This document shows, one piece after another, positions 1-7,964 of a stretch of 64,000 nt of DNA. The first letter of the stretch is position 1, and each line of letters opens with the position of its first letter. The DNA comes from Anaerolineae bacterium (GTDB taxonomy: Bacteria > Chloroflexota > Anaerolineae > B4-G1). Under the pieces are notes generated by a model. That model did no database searches and was not told where the DNA came from. It saw nothing but the letters and a program-made list of their open reading frames with translations. The stretch is taken from positions 344 to 64,343 of the forward strand of contig DAOUDX010000220.1 in the NCBI GenBank assembly GCA_034430835.1, given 5' to 3'. The position numbers and the translations under genes were made by a program.

Positions 1-3000
1 GAGCCAGTACCGTTCCTCGTCCTCTGTCTCGCGGTATAATCCCGGCTGCTGTTCGAGCAGGCTCGTCGTCGCCAGGCTGGTGTCGATCGGTTCGGCGCCG
101 GCCGGCAGTGGGTCTTCGACCACGACGTAGTACAGGTCGTGCGGCGCGATGATGGTCAGCCGCACCTGCACCACGTCGCCGACGGCCACCTGGTTCACCT
201 CCGGGCACTTGATCCCCTGCGTGCAGTTGGGGTCGGTGTACCGACGGGAGACGATGATGCCCCGGTTTAGCGGCTCGATCTCCTCCACTGGCAGGTAGAC
301 CTTGAGGTGCGCGGTGTAGTAGAGCCGGCCCTCGCCCGGCCCGCGCGCGATGGTCAGCCGATTGCCCGTATCTGTGAGCAGTTCTGCCACCTCCACCCGC
401 AGTTGCACCGACTCATCGACCGTGTCCGGCGTCACGGAGCCACTGGCAAGCGCCTCGTCGTTGAGCCACACGTTGTAGTCGTACTCGCCCTGCAGCTCTC
501 CGGTGACGACCATCCAGTCGGTGAGAGCGATGAGCGCCCAGGCGGTCTCCTGCGTCGTTTCCCAGATGCCATCCCGCCGGGCGACCATCAGCCAGCGCAC
601 CACTTGTGGGTTGAGTCCGTTGTCGGGATCGAGGCGGGCCAGCGCGTCCAGGATGATGGCCGTGGAGCGGGTGTCGGTGTTCATTGCCCAGTAATCATAG
701 TCCGCCTCCTCCCAGTGCGCGCCGGTAGCGCTGGGGATGACCGCGTTGCTCAGATCGGAGAGAAGTGTGTCGATGCGATCGTCTCCCGCGTCGATCAATC
801 CCAGTGCCAGCGCCAGGTAGGCCCGCCCGTAGTGGCTGAGCTTGTTGCGGTTGCTGTAGAGGTCGCCCACGTATTCGCTGGCGAGGCGGGTCTCGTCTGC
901 TTCTGCCAGCACGTAGAGCACAAAGGCCTGCCGGTTGGCCTCACGATAGGACGTGAGCTTGCGAGCGCCGACCAGCGTGCCCTCCAGGTAGCTCACGCCA
1001 CGATCGATGGTGCCCGCCGGCACGTCGAACCCGACCTCGTCCGCCTTGACCAGCGCAAAGACCACGTAGGCGCTCAAGTGGGGGTTGCTTTCACCTTCGC
1101 GCCACCAGCCCCAGCCGCCGTCCGAGTTCTGCCGCAGGACGAGCTTGCCCAGCCCCTCCTCGACCAGGCCCGGCAGCTTTTCCTCCAGTTCCTGATCCCT
1201 GATCCCCAGTTCCTTCAACGCGCGATAGGTCAGGACGTTCGGCAAGAAGCGGCTGACAATCTGCTCGGTGCACTCGTAAGGATAGTGTTCCAGGTAGGTC
1301 AGCCCATCCCGCATCCCGGCCGCCAGCGACGGGTCGAGCCGGATGGAGAGGTCGCCCTGCCGATCGTCGTACTTGGGCGGCAGTGCCACGACCTCGGTGC
1401 GGACCTCCTCGCCCACCAGTTGCCCGCCAGTGCCGACGATCTCCGGCGCGGCGTAGCGGTATACGGCCAGTGTGCCCTCGGGGTCGGTGGTCAGGCGCGG
1501 GCGGGCGGCGTCAGAGTATTCGCCGGCCACCGCGCTCATGGCCACGTCCACCGCCTCCACATCCTCCGCCGTTACCCACCACGTCACCTTGGCCTCGCCT
1601 CCGTTGGGGATGGAGACCGTCTGCGCCGCCGGGCTCTCCAGCGTCAGCCCTTCCGCGTGCAGGGTGACCTCGACTGTTTGCGTCTTGCCCGTATTGTTGC
1701 TCACCAGCGCCGCCAGTTGCACCCGGTCGCTCACGACGAAGAAGCGCGGCGTCACAGGCCGCACCAGCAGCGGCTTGGTGACCAGCAACTCGGTCGTCTG
1801 CTCGCCCACCTTCGTATCGGCGGTCACGCCGACGCCCCGGAACACCCAGGTGGTAAGATTGTCCGGCAGCGAGATCTCGACGGTGGCGCGCCCATCCTCG
1901 TCGGTGGCGACGGTGGCATCCCAGAAGGCGGTGTCCTCGAACTCTTCCCGCAGCTCGACCCCCGGCGGTAGCTCGGAACCAGCTTGACGCTCGTCCGCCA
2001 CGCCGGGCGCCTCTAGGGCCGCACATGTGGGTGCTGGGGCTCCTTCTTCCCCGTCGCCTCCACCGCCTTTGCCGAGTGCTACGTCCATGGCCTCCTCTTC
2101 CACTTGTTCCTGAATCAGCCGGTTGACGGAGATGGTCATGCCGCTGTAGGTCGAGACGCCCAAGCCACGCCGCCCGTAGAATGTGCTGAGGATTGCATTG
2201 GGCGTGCGCGGCATCAGGCTCAACACCGCTTTATCGACCAGGTCGAGTGAGAAGGCCGCCTGCACCGGGTTGCCGCCCGCGTCGGTGGCGTGGACCTCGA
2301 AGGACACGGTGTCTCCCGGCTCCGCCTGCCCGACGCTGGGGGTCAGTGTGATGGACAGCTCCTGCGCCACCGGTTCGACCGTCAGCATGACGTAGCCCAC
2401 CTTGTGGGTCGCTACACGTTCTATGTCGTCCGGCCCCTTGACGATCACAGCCGAGACGTAGATGTTGGGCGCGTGGTCGGCGGTGATGGGCAGCTCGTAG
2501 ACGGTGGAGTTGTTCTCCAGGCGCACGACTTCCTGCTGCAAGACGCCGCCCCGCTCGACAGTGACCCACGCCCAGTGCTCGCCTGTGAAGGGGCTGGGGA
2601 TGAGGATTTCCGCGGTCTCGCCGGGGATGTAGGTGGTCTTGTCGCTGATGAGAGTGATGCGGTCGTCGTTCTGCCGCCGCCAGGAGATGTACTCGTTCCC
2701 GCTGACCCAGACCCAGGTGGAGCTGCGCACCCCCCCGGCAGTCATGGGAGGGCTGCCCACGACGACACGGTAGGAGCCGCCCTCTTCAGGCGTAAACGTG
2801 ACCACTCCCTCCGCATTGGAGCCGGTGGTCAATGTGGTGGTGTAGACCAGCGTGTCCTTCGTCTCCCACTCCCACTGGCCGCCGCCGCGCTCATTCTCGA
2901 CGAAGGTGTTGATCCACTCGCGGCGATAGACTTCGACGCCCAGCTTCTGGCGCGGCAGCCGTTCGCCTTTCCAATCGACGGTCACGGTATCCACTGTCAT

Positions 3001-5784
3001 CTCCTTGCCGGCCTCACCGACAATCTGCCGCGGGGCCAACCCCACGTAGAACTCGCCCCGGTGAACCACGACGTCGGCCCGGCCGGAGATGACCTGTCCG
3101 TCCTTGCCGTAGACCGTCGCCTCGACGGTCAGCCGCCGCCCGCCGGTCATGACCTCCGTCGGAAGGAGGACGTTCAGGTGACCCTCGGCGTCGGTGGTGC
3201 CGGAGCCGCTCAGCACGACTTCGGGATAGGGTTCCTCCCACCACCAGCACCAGCGGCAGACCCACGGATCGTCGCTGTCGGTAAAGTCGTAGCGGCCAAA
3301 CTGGGCTGGCTCGAAACGATAGGTCGTGGCCAGCACGTTCCACGCCACCGTGGCGTCGGCCACGGGGCCGCCGAAGAAATACTGCACCTCGACGTCAGCG
3401 CGGGTGGACTGGCCGGCAGCCAGCTCCGTTTTCTGCGGGGTCACGATCACCTCGAATTCCGGCGCGCGGTAGGCAGCGACGGTGAACATCGCCGTGCCAT
3501 ACCCGTCGTCGAGAAGGACGTTGATGGCGTAGCTGCCCAGCGGCGCGCCCTCGGCCAACTGGAGCTCGCCGTGGAAGGCGCCGAATTCGTCCAGCGCCAA
3601 TCTCTCGCTATAGACAGGCTCTCCGTTGGCGTCGTAGATATCGACCTGCACGCGCCCTATCCTGGGCAGGCTATAGCGCACGTCGTCTTCAGTGCGGATG
3701 ACGCCTCGGAAGTAGACGGTTTGGCCGGGCCGGTAGATGGGTCGGTCGGTGTAGACGTGGGCGCGCTGCGTGCCCGGTCTCGTACCATCCTGCTCCAGGC
3801 CGAACTCCCAGGGGGTGATGCCGCTGCTCCAGTCCCATCCCATCCCGGCCAGAACGAACGGCTCCTGCGCTACGACGTACACGTCAGTCTTGGCCCGCAC
3901 GGAGAAGTGGGCCAGGCCGCTTGAGTCGGTCGTCGTGGTTTCGAGCGATGTGCCGAACGTGTCCCACGCTTCGAGTCGAAGCCCGCCGACGGGTTGGCCG
4001 GTCGCCAGGTCGGTCGTCCAGACCCATATCTCCTCCCCGCTCTGCTTGAGCGTCAGATTGTACCGGGAGACGACCAGCAGCTTGCGGTGGCTCCAGCGAT
4101 CGTAATCGACGCCGGAAGCTCTCATGTCCAGCAGGTAGATGCCCGGCGATAGCGTTCCCCCGCCCTCGGCCAAGTCGATCAGGGCGTATCCGCGCTCGTT
4201 GAGCGGAGCCTCGACGGACACCGCCCACTGGCGGACGGGCGTGCCGGCAGGAGCGTACTCCCACCAGTTCTGCTGCGCGGCGAGGAACTCACCCGTACTG
4301 AGGCGGTAGAGGCTCAAGTCGAGCCGGTCGGTGTTCAGGTGGCCGACGACGACGCGCGCTGGCTGGCTGGCGTCGAGGGTGCCGACGGTGCTGGGGATTC
4401 GAACCTCGGCCCAGGGGTCGAGAGCGGCGGTGCTAAAGCGCACCGCCAACTCCTGGCCGGTGGTGTTGCCATAGGGGTCGGCGATGTTCGGGCCGATGCG
4501 CACCTCGTAGTCGGTGGAAGGCTGCGCGCCGAAACCAAGCACGAAGGTATTGTCGTAGGTGTTAAAGTAGGTGTAGACTTGCGTTGGCGAGAGGGGCGGT
4601 GTCATCTCCAGATTAGGCATCACCGTGGCTGCGTCGATGGGGGCGTTGAAGACGATCTCGAAGGACGTATAGGGCCAGGCGTTCCGCTCGCCGTCACGGG
4701 GATTGGTGCGCACGATGCGCGGCAAGGGCACGGTGGAAAAGCGCCAGGTGTAATCCCGTTCCATTCCTGCGCCGCCGCCGACGCTCTTCACGCCCTTGTC
4801 CACCCGCACCGTGTAGGTTGTGTTGAAGGCCAGCCAGCGGGTGGGCTTGAAGGTGAGTGTCGATCCGTCCACCGTCGCTGTGCCAGCAACATCTGCGCTG
4901 CCGGCTTGCAGGTGAAAAGCCGCCTTCGCCGAAACCGGATCGACAGGCATGTTGAACTCGACCTGGACGGCGCTATCTACACCGACCAGCTTTGCGTCTT
5001 CATACGGCGAGATCCACACGACCTGCGGCGGCTGGGTGGTGAAGCGCCATTCGTAGTCCGTATCCAGGATGCCGCCAGTGGTGTCTTCGAGGCCGGCGGT
5101 GACGCGGGCGGTGTAGGTGGTGCCGCCCGCCAGGGGCTCGTCGGGGGTGAAGACGTAGATGGACGTGTTCAGCCACTCGCCGCTGCCCTCAATGGGTGGG
5201 TCGAACGCCAGGGGTTGGGGCAGGTCCGCGTAGGCGGGGTCGCTCACGGCCATCAGCGGGACGACGGGACGATTGAAGATGACGGTGATGGTGCTGTTGG
5301 CCTCCACGTCCGCTGTATCGGGATCGGGAATGACCTGCGCTACCTCCAGGTAACCGACGGTACGGAAGCGGAAGCGGTAGGCGCCGTCCAACTGATTGCC
5401 GTCGGCGGCTTTGGCCTCTGGGCCGATGGTCACGTGATATTCGGTGTCCCGCTTCAGCGCACGATCTGGCTTAAAGCTCACCGTGCGGTCGTCGAGCCAT
5501 TCGACAGCGCCGACCACGTCCGGGCCGACCAGGAGAGCGGCCTCGACCGAACCCTTGTTCATCGGCCGATCGAAGACGATCTGGATGTCGCCGTCAGGGG
5601 AAAGCTCCTCGCCTCGCTCCGGCGTGCGCTGGACGACGATGGGGGCGACGTTGCCGACTGGAGGCGGGGTGTAGGGAGGCACTGTGGGGGAGGGCGTGGG
5701 TTCCACTGCACACTCGCAGCCTCCCATCAACATGCTGAGGAGCACGACGAGGGAAATGGCTTTATAAAGGGATGTTCGTTTCAT
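1..5784 (-). CDS. alpha-2-macroglobulin family lipoprotein (bacterial A2M / YfhM-like); C-terminus lies beyond window start
   Basis: Hand translation of the minus strand: ATG at 5784-5782 preceded by AGGAGG (5791-5796), then an uninterrupted frame to position 1 (5784 nt = 1928 codons). It is absent from the ORF track because no stop lies in the window. The N-terminus MKRTSLYKAISLVVLLSMLMGGC is a signal peptide plus lipobox. Ig-like N-terminal repeats follow. Thioester motif sits in LEHYPYECTEQIVSRF, and LRQNSDGGWGWW is typical of the thioester domain. Plus-strand ORFs 307-1971, 2290-3924 and 4339-5826 are its antisense shadows. Confidence 0.9.
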   Translation of the reverse strand, partial: MKRTSLYKAISLVVLLSMLMGGCECAVEPTPSPTVPPYTPPPVGNVAPIVVQRTPERGEELSPDGDIQIVFDRPMNKGSVEAALLVGPDVVGAVEWLDDRTVSFKPDRALKRDTEYHVTIGPEAKAADGNQLDGAYRFRFRTVGYLEVAQVIPDPDTADVEANSTITVIFNRPVVPLMAVSDPAYADLPQPLAFDPPIEGSGEWLNTSIYVFTPDEPLAGGTTYTARVTAGLEDTTGGILDTDYEWRFTTQPPQVVWISPYEDAKLVGVDSAVQVEFNMPVDPVSAKAAFHLQAGSADVAGTATVDGSTLTFKPTRWLAFNTTYTVRVDKGVKSVGGGAGMERDYTWRFSTVPLPRIVRTNPRDGERNAWPYTSFEIVFNAPIDAATVMPNLEMTPPLSPTQVYTYFNTYDNTFVLGFGAQPSTDYEVRIGPNIADPYGNTTGQELAVRFSTAALDPWAEVRIPSTVGTLDASQPARVVVGHLNTDRLDLSLYRLSTGEFLAAQQNWWEYAPAGTPVRQWAVSVEAPLNERGYALIDLAEGGGTLSPGIYLLDMRASGVDYDRWSHRKLLVVSRYNLTLKQSGEEIWVWTTDLATGQPVGGLRLEAWDTFGTSLETTTTDSSGLAHFSVRAKTDVYVVAQEPFVLAGMGWDWSSGITPWEFGLEQDGTRPGTQRAHVYTDRPIYRPGQTVYFRGVIRTEDDVRYSLPRIGRVQVDIYDANGEPVYSERLALDEFGAFHGELQLAEGAPLGSYAINVLLDDGYGTAMFTVAAYRAPEFEVIVTPQKTELAAGQSTRADVEVQYFFGGPVADATVAWNVLATTYRFEPAQFGRYDFTDSDDPWVCRWCWWWEEPYPEVVLSGSGTTDAEGHLNVLLPTEVMTGGRRLTVEATVYGKDGQVISGRADVVVHRGEFYVGLAPRQIVGEAGKEMTVDTVTVDWKGERLPRQKLGVEVYRREWINTFVENERGGGQWEWETKDTLVYTTTLTTGSNAEGVVTFTPEEGGSYRVVVGSPPMTAGGVRSSTWVWVSGNEYISWRRQNDDRITLISDKTTYIPGETAEILIPSPFTGEHWAWVTVERGGVLQQEVVRLENNSTVYELPITADHAPNIYVSAVIVKGPDDIERVATHKVGYVMLTVEPVAQELSITLTPSVGQAEPGDTVSFEVHATDAGGNPVQAAFSLDLVDKAVLSLMPRTPNAILSTFYGRRGLGVSTYSGMTISVNRLIQEQVEEEAMDVALGKGGGGDGEEGAPAPTCAALEAPGVADERQAGSELPPGVELREEFEDTAFWDATVATDEDGRATVEISLPDNLTTWVFRGVGVTADTKVGEQTTELLVTKPLLVRPVTPRFFVVSDRVQLAALVSNNTGKTQTVEVTLHAEGLTLESPAAQTVSIPNGGEAKVTWWVTAEDVEAVDVAMSAVAGEYSDAARPRLTTDPEGTLAVYRYAAPEIVGTGGQLVGEEVRTEVVALPPKYDDRQGDLSIRLDPSLAAGMRDGLTYLEHYPYECTEQIVSRFLPNVLTYRALKELGIRDQELEEKLPGLVEEGLGKLVLRQNSDGGWGWWREGESNPHLSAYVVFALVKADEVGFDVPAGTIDRGVSYLEGTLVGARKLTSYREANRQAFVLYVLAEADETRLASEYVGDLYSNRNKLSHYGRAYLALALGLIDAGDDRIDTLLSDLSNAVIPSATGAHWEEADYDYWAMNTDTRSTAIILDALARLDPDNGLNPQVVRWLMVARRDGIWETTQETAWALIALTDWMVVTGELQGEYDYNVWLNDEALASGSVTPDTVDESVQLRVEVAELLTDTGNRLTIARGPGEGRLYYTAHLKVYLPVEEIEPLNRGIIVSRRYTDPNCTQGIKCPEVNQVAVGDVVQVRLTIIAPHDLYYVVVEDPLPAGAEPIDTSLATTSLLEQQPGLYRETEDEERYWL
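1261..1272 (-). other. thioester motif C-T-E-Q of the A2M protein
   Basis: Minus-strand codons TGC ACC GAG CAG within ...HYPYECTEQIV... This is the canonical CxEQ thioester signature of alpha-2-macroglobulin/complement-type proteins. Confidence 0.85.
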
Positions 5785-5819
5785 CGGGATACCTCCTGCG
5801 GGCTTGCGCATTCACGATC

Positions 5820-5828
5820 AGTATAGCA
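5820..5828 (-). promoter_or_regulatory. candidate extended -10 promoter element (TGcTATACT) upstream of the A2M gene
   Basis: The minus strand reads aTGcTATACT about 36 nt upstream of the ATG. No convincing -35 was found. The upstream GNAT gene ends at 5936, so read-through is an alternative. Confidence 0.3.
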
Positions 5829-5935
5829 TAGGACTCGCCGTCGTGGAAGCTTGCGGCGGGGAGTCTGCCATCAAGACGTAGAAGGGGGGAGAAAAGTTCC
5901 GAGGGGGTGGCGTAGCGTGTGGAACAGATCTGGTG

Positions 5936-6952
5936 TCACGCTCTGCGGACGACGAGGCGACGCACTTCGATGTCCTGTCCGCCAAGCTGATACTTGTAGC
6001 GCTCGTCGCCCTGCAAGAAATCAAACACCTCGATTCCCTGCTCGATGGCGTGGCGAATGCAGTGGGCGGCGAGCACGATGCCTGCGCTGAGGTGGGGGAA
6101 GGTTTCCCAATCCAGCCCAGAGTTGTAGACCATCACGCGGTTGTTGTAGACAAAGTTGATGTAGGCGGCGGCCTTTTGGCCTTCGATCTCGAGGAACGCC
6201 AGTTGCAGCCAACCGGCGTCGCACATCACGCGCGCCAGCTCGCGGAAGAAGCTACGCATCTGTGATGTGAGAAACGACTCCTTGTCGGGCGTGCTGGCCG
6301 CCATCAAGTCGAGAAAGTCCTCGATTTCAGTCCCCAGGTCGTGCTCCAGGCCGACAAGATACCAGTGTAGTCCAGGCTCAGCTTCTGCGCGCCGTAGCTT
6401 GCGGCGCAACTCGTGGCGGTTTTTCTTGCCCAGCACCTGCAGGTACTCGTCCCACGTGCCGGGCAACTGCAAGACGGGGCAGACGTCCTCCTTTGCCGCC
6501 GAGGCGGTCCAGCCGCGCGCTTCGGCCAGGGCGGGCAGCATTGCCAGCGTGGGCGAGCCCTGATGGATGTTGCACAGGTCGAGCACGTCCCAGCGGGGCG
6601 CGCCTGACCCCGACAGGTAGTCCATCAGCGCCGCGTAGACCTCCTGTTCCCGTCCCCGGGCCGCGATGAGATCGAGGTAGTCGGCCACCTCCACAGAGCC
6701 GACGATCGCCAGTGCCCGCTCTCCCTGTACGTTTTTCGTCGCAAAGAGCGGTGCGATGCCGATCAGCTCGCCGCTATCGCGCACGGCGACGACCTGCAAC
6801 TCACCCTCGCCCAGGTACCGCCACCACAACCGCTGGAACTCGAGCGTGAGGAAAATGGTGTCAGCGGGAGAGCGGTGGAGCAGGTCGTTCCACTCGCTCT
6901 CCAGCTCCTCGAAGGCGCTTGCGTCTTGATAGGTGCGTACCGATAGAGTCAT
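5936..6952 (-). CDS. GNAT-fold acyltransferase, CelD/BioF2-like (FemAB-related) family
   Basis: ORF track 5936-6991. The first codon at 6991 is TTG, and the ATG at 6952 (MTLSVRTYQD...) is my preferred start. Pattern ...GKKNRHELRRKLRRAE..., ...AAYINFVYNNRVMVYNSGLD..., ...FDFLQGDERYKYQLGG... fits the CelD-like GNAT family from memory. Confidence 0.75.
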   Translation of the reverse strand: MTLSVRTYQDASAFEELESEWNDLLHRSPADTIFLTLEFQRLWWRYLGEGELQVVAVRDSGELIGIAPLFATKNVQGERALAIVGSVEVADYLDLIAARGREQEVYAALMDYLSGSGAPRWDVLDLCNIHQGSPTLAMLPALAEARGWTASAAKEDVCPVLQLPGTWDEYLQVLGKKNRHELRRKLRRAEAEPGLHWYLVGLEHDLGTEIEDFLDLMAASTPDKESFLTSQMRSFFRELARVMCDAGWLQLAFLEIEGQKAAAYINFVYNNRVMVYNSGLDWETFPHLSAGIVLAAHCIRHAIEQGIEVFDFLQGDERYKYQLGGQDIEVRRLVVRRA

Positions 6953-6992
6953 CTCGATAACTATGATAGCACAGCCGGGCGGGTCTGGCAAA

Positions 6993-7964
6993 TCAGGCGT
7001 CGTCTTCCGCCTGCGAATCTGTCGGGTGGCGCTTCAACAGGTCGCCCACCACCCCGACGCCGTGGACCGCGCCGCCGACCAATCCGGTGGCCAATGTGAT
7101 TAACCCGATCGACGTGCCCAACGCCGTCGAAGCCTCGTCGGCAGCGCCCGTCGGCGCAAAAAGCGCCCGGCTCACGTTCTCCCGGATCCCCCACCCGCCG
7201 ATGGAGGGAAGGAGCGTCGCTACAGAGATCAGCGGCGTGACGACGAAAAAGTACCCTAGATTGACGCCGATGTCCAGCGCCTGCCCGCACAGCCAGTTGA
7301 TGACGACGTTCATGACGTTGAACACCACCGACACGCCGAAGGCGCGCCCGATCGCGCGCCAGCCGCAGCCGGTGATCGCGGCATAGATCTTGGCCAGCGG
7401 CCCTTCCCCGGCCAACGAGAGCCTGGCCGGCAGCCAGCCCGTGATCCGCCGCAGCACATGTCCCTCCAAAAGCAACCCGCCCGCGACCAGCCCGCCGCCC
7501 GCCACGACGATCAGCGCCCCCACCAGCCAGGGTTCCATGGTGGCGGCGACGAACGGCAAGATGATCAGCCCAATGGCAAAGTTGACCAATAGGCCCGTCG
7601 CGCGATCGAGCAAGACAGTGCCGATCGCTGCGGAGGATTCCGTGTCCTGGGTCAACTCCAGCGCCCGCACCACATCGCCGCCGTAGCCACTGGGCAGAAA
7701 CGTGCTAAAGAACTGCCCGACAAAGTACAGGCGCAATAGGCGGCTGAAGGGCACGTCGGGGTCGAGCCCCTGCAACAACACAAACCAGCGATAGGCCCGC
7801 ACGACCAGGCTGAGGACAAAGAGCAGAAATGCAGCCCCCAGGTATGCCAGCTTGGCTTCTGCCAACTCAGCCAGCACCCGGCGCAGATCGACCGTCAAGA
7901 CCAAGAAGACCAGTGCTGCCATGGTGATCGCCACCCGCAGGACGTTCATCCAGCGTTTCTTCAT
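6993..7964 (-). CDS. flippase-like polytopic membrane protein (UPF0104 / lysyl-phosphatidylglycerol synthase TM-region family)
   Basis: 323-aa ORF with about 8 hydrophobic segments. The N-terminus MKKRWMNVLRVAITMAALVFLV...VRAYRWFVLLQG...YFVGQFFSTFLPSGYGGDVVRA is characteristic of the MprF-flippase-like family. ATGA overlap with the upstream gene at 7961-7964. Confidence 0.8.
   Translation of the reverse strand: MKKRWMNVLRVAITMAALVFLVLTVDLRRVLAELAEAKLAYLGAAFLLFVLSLVVRAYRWFVLLQGLDPDVPFSRLLRLYFVGQFFSTFLPSGYGGDVVRALELTQDTESSAAIGTVLLDRATGLLVNFAIGLIILPFVAATMEPWLVGALIVVAGGGLVAGGLLLEGHVLRRITGWLPARLSLAGEGPLAKIYAAITGCGWRAIGRAFGVSVVFNVMNVVINWLCGQALDIGVNLGYFFVVTPLISVATLLPSIGGWGIRENVSRALFAPTGAADEASTALGTSIGLITLATGLVGGAVHGVGVVGDLLKRHPTDSQAEDDA

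Noticed and set aside
307-5826. Three long plus-strand ORFs (307-1971, 2290-3924, 4339-5826; 495-554 aa)
   Set aside because: They are Arg/Gly/His/Val-rich with no recognisable motifs. They lie exactly antisense to a continuous minus-strand frame that encodes a convincing A2M protein (lipobox, CTEQ thioester). They are typical high-GC shadow ORFs.
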